Below, in pieces: positions 18,401 to 20,000 of a stretch of 20,000 bases of DNA. The notes below the pieces were generated by a model. That model made no database searches, was not told the DNA's origin, and saw nothing but the letters and a program-made list of their open reading frames with translations. The stretch's first letter is position 1, and every line of letters starts with the position of its first letter. The stretch lies in the IMG/VR virus record IMGVR_UViG_3300012147_001294; one strand, 5' to 3'. A program made the translations under genes and the position numbers. Source of the stretch: an uncultured virus (IMG/VR IMGVR_UViG_3300012147_001294). Its lineage: Duplodnaviria; Heunggongvirae; Uroviricota; Caudoviricetes.

Positions 18401-19739
18401 CTATTACTTTTTGTTCTCTATTATAACTTAAACTTGGTATAACACCACCAGTAACCCCAAACTCCATACTACTCAATAAATTAACAAAATGTCCTTGTCC
18501 GTTACTGTAAGCATAAAGGTTTGGTGAAGATATTGCGTCTTTGGAATAATCTCCCTTATTATTTGAATAAGCTGGACTATAGCCGCTTCTAAATACACTA
18601 TTTAAAGGTGAGTCTACCCCACCGTTACTAATACCATCTAAGTTGGCTTTAAAATTACTAATTAACGCCAATGCTTGACCACTACCAGTATATTTAAGCA
18701 TCTCATTTGCTCTATCAATATTCTCTGAATCCCCATTTTCTGTTTGAAAAATAGAACCAGCATCACCTAAATAACTTCTTGGTATCGTAAAGCCTAGTAT
18801 TTTGCCCGCTGTGTCCAAAATTCGTCCACCAGTAGTACTTGGTACCGTAATCTTATAAGTAGGTCTTAAACCGACTAATCCATCGCCTTTAATAAGACTT
18901 AAAATATTGTCTTTAACATTTAAAGCACCCAATAGTTCTTGTTGAACATTAAATGCTGCATTATTAGCTAAAGCTAAGGCTAATTGTTGTCCACCAACCA
19001 TGCCAAGTTTGGTATCATTGATAATCCCAGTTGCACCTAGTAATCTACCAGCTATTGAAGACCTAATATTAAAACTAGTAGTTAAACCACCACTACCAAA
19101 ACCCAATCCTTGTCCACTTAAAACACTACCAATGATATTTGCTGTTTTTATCGCACCCCCACCACCAATATTCAAACCACCTTTTTCATCTAAATAACCA
19201 GATATTTGGTTTGTAAAATTTACTTGGTCATTGACGATAAAATCAGCTACATCTAATTGTTGTGATTCATCTTTATATAAGTTCTTTTTAAGATTTTTAT
19301 TTTTTGTTTCAGCTAACTTAGTTTTAGCTAATAAACCATATTCAATAATACTTTCGTTAACACCAATTGGATAAGATATTGGTGTATTTGGCCAATTTGA
19401 ATCTGGATTTGAAGGTAAATATTGAACACCTAATAAATCATTTGCTGTTGATGCTGTATTTTGGAAAGTGTTTACGGAAATGTTGTTATCCTTGAAAATA
19501 ATACCATTTGTTTCTAATGGTAAAAAATTAGGAATTACGTTAACATTATTATTTACGGTTAAATCCAATAATGGTTCACCAATCCTTGGACTACCATTTA
19601 AAGAAGTTGAAATAGTAGGATAGCTTGGGGGGAGATTTAAATTTAATAAAAAATCCCTAATCCCGTAATCAACTGTAACACCATTTATTGTATTTTTTGT
19701 TGAATATGAAGGAGATGCTGTATTATAGTAAATTGGCAT
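15405..19739 (-). CDS. Large baseplate/tail-tube-initiator-like protein (1444 aa) with internal OmpA-like peptidoglycan-binding domain
   Basis: Tube-fold-like halves FSENSSLSWETSNFIGRGEPIYTYNNTERTGNLSF (~17530-17670) and PPICILRIGDFY...VSIDYEPLVWD...QPMIANVSMSF (~16190-16340) flank an OmpA-like VYFPND...ITGYASRQGNIVYNNKLAKDRA...CKQDRV (~16660-17315). Confidence 0.72.
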   Translation of the reverse strand: MPIYYNTASPSYSTKNTINGVTVDYGIRDFLLNLNLPPSYPTISTSLNGSPRIGEPLLDLTVNNNVNVIPNFLPLETNGIIFKDNNISVNTFQNTASTANDLLGVQYLPSNPDSNWPNTPISYPIGVNESIIEYGLLAKTKLAETKNKNLKKNLYKDESQQLDVADFIVNDQVNFTNQISGYLDEKGGLNIGGGGAIKTANIIGSVLSGQGLGFGSGGLTTSFNIRSSIAGRLLGATGIINDTKLGMVGGQQLALALANNAAFNVQQELLGALNVKDNILSLIKGDGLVGLRPTYKITVPSTTGGRILDTAGKILGFTIPRSYLGDAGSIFQTENGDSENIDRANEMLKYTGSGQALALISNFKANLDGISNGGVDSPLNSVFRSGYSPAYSNNKGDYSKDAISSPNLYAYSNGQGHFVNLLSSMEFGVTGGVIPSLSYNREQKVIESGFLSPEEIGAGPRGNSGYENRKVSDVNFTWTSTNGEAVNTINELILPDNFRFIQDIIGRNDELVGDRKSLLIKTQKLFNSKGMINIITAKGDMDKKSSQIQTANGKGFSKGNAVLKASLFNEQGRYKGEENISANDTYCRSWTTLDRYDRVKKLVRSGTDGIDNKGATTVNGINTTVPYRNNTQGSILSEFGIPKITPYTDDIPTDPKQYMFSIENLAWADSNTLLPRSERGPGDLLTGKKGRIMWFPPYNINFSENSSLSWETSNFIGRGEPIYTYNNTERTGNLSFQIIVDHPSYINSFRGEEGPDDSYMASFWAGCIDPDSKFSEKLTPSQISDIVKSTPINEDVKVIEEEVVPTDISVYFPNDNAAIELLYENGLNNKTDSTPIDYSVNENGEDQGLGNYMANYTPGARNNSIQSDGEGWPDRYNFGLNYSENIEEKRSPATSPTIVCADSQVLNGYFDPKLVELMTKHLIEVSPNFIATITGYASRQGNIVYNNKLAKDRAINLKEDIKQRWWPSIKAGSPKLTDADFDKRFIIGETIEIQSIGCIPCEGIPKLRQAAECPTDSLACKQDRVAKVSFIYSKDIAGEDLPKKEVINDDNNNRRINNKISGKYYNETLYFDKLTDEDPLVFDSFRQKIKYFHPAFHSTTPEGLNSRLTFLLQCTRQGPTMEEQGATNLAFGRPPICILRIGDFYNTKIVIDNVSIDYEPLVWDLNPEGIGVQPMIANVSMSFKFIGGSTLMGPINKLQNALSFNYFANTQVYDPRADYISKDKPMIAPAKVSEIAPVIDEPFNGIELAGVEIVNTFRPWYLHNGIKDISEIEKDENGMEIIDNENINQEKENETEVSQSGQSTSVNTDLEVTVSDYDILKNFLTLKKDYFTIQISTFNTLGGKFGFDSNQELSKEYDVKITLNSNVTTMNSLELVSFKLKNITEENNTVFLSEVKNWGAIIGDFAIEPSNKLTFVISIPELDIKFFYDRKYLRDSKTLIDFVN

Positions 19740-19754
19740 AAATATTTATTTTTA

Positions 19755-19762
19755 TATAAATA
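19755..19762 (-). promoter_or_regulatory. TATTTATA motif (candidate late promoter) heading the baseplate operon
   Basis: 15 nt before ATG 19739; same 8-mer as at 6619 and 7721. Confidence 0.5.
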
Positions 19763-19764
19763 GT

Positions 19765-19990
19765 TACTAATTTCATATAAAAATATATAAATTTAGTTTT
19801 TTTTAGTTAGAGGAACTATAAATCCCTCTATCATAAATATTAATACTTGCATTATAATCTGCATCTATTTCATATTTACAACTTGTACATTTGAAGGTCT
19901 CGCCTTGGCGAGACTTCTTATCTACATGACCGCAACTAGAACATGTTTGTGAGGTATATGCTGGTGAAACCTTCACCAGCATAATACCGT
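19765..19990 (-). ncRNA. Candidate omegaRNA/reRNA scaffold overlapping the tnpB 3' end (boundaries uncertain)
   Basis: Three inverted repeats within the last ~185 nt of tnpB (19957-19983, 19897-19914, 19808-19830); TnpB guide scaffolds are known to overlap this position. Confidence 0.5.
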
Positions 19991-20000
19991 TATCCTCACA
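19803..20000 (-). CDS. tnpB: 3' end of a TnpB-family RNA-guided nuclease gene (IS200/IS605 or IS607); 5' part outside the window
   Basis: Not in the ORF track; hand translation ...CEDNGIMLVKVSPAYTSQTCSSCGHVDKKSRQGETFKCTSCKYEIDADYNASINIYDRGIYSSSN* shows PAYTSQ, a CxxC-CxxC zinc ribbon and RuvC-III DADxNA. Confidence 0.92.
   Translation of the reverse strand, partial: CEDNGIMLVKVSPAYTSQTCSSCGHVDKKSRQGETFKCTSCKYEIDADYNASINIYDRGIYSSSN

Noticed and set aside
1265..19197. Short plus-strand ORFs and nested minus-strand ORFs in the supplied track (e.g. 2408-2749, 9652-10020, 14047-14406, 8948-9145)
   Set aside because: All lie within long, motif-bearing minus-strand genes and show no recognisable motifs; treated as shadow ORFs.
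19803..20000. Cas12f/Cas14 CRISPR effector
   Set aside because: The C-terminus alone cannot separate it from TnpB, but no repeat-spacer array lies downstream or elsewhere in the window; TnpB is the simpler call pending upstream sequence.

Overview
AT-rich window from a large lytic dsDNA phage with a contractile tail, probably a jumbo phage. Two TTG/TTTG-N19-20-TAnnTTTG promoters suggest a Bacteroidota host. All real genes lie on the minus strand. In transcription order (right to left): the 3' end of a TnpB-family nuclease gene with RNA hairpins; a baseplate module (tube-initiator-like protein with an OmpA-like insert, a LysM/gpX-like protein, and a ~2080-aa hub protein ending in an M15 peptidase and a lysozyme-like domain); four hypothetical genes; then a replication/recombination module (gp32-like SSB, RecA/UvsX, 5'-3' exonuclease, hypothetical, DnaB/gp41 helicase). 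The helicase is the highlight because it is a fractured gene. The 773-aa ORF carries an Ala1 class 3 (W-C-T) LAGLIDADG intein in the P-loop and ends in a 90-aa N-intein. A second ORF missing from the supplied track (486..1) starts with the matching 47-aa C-intein fused to the rest of the helicase. The mature enzyme would need one cis- and one trans-splicing event. All calls come from motif reading by eye; no searches were run.
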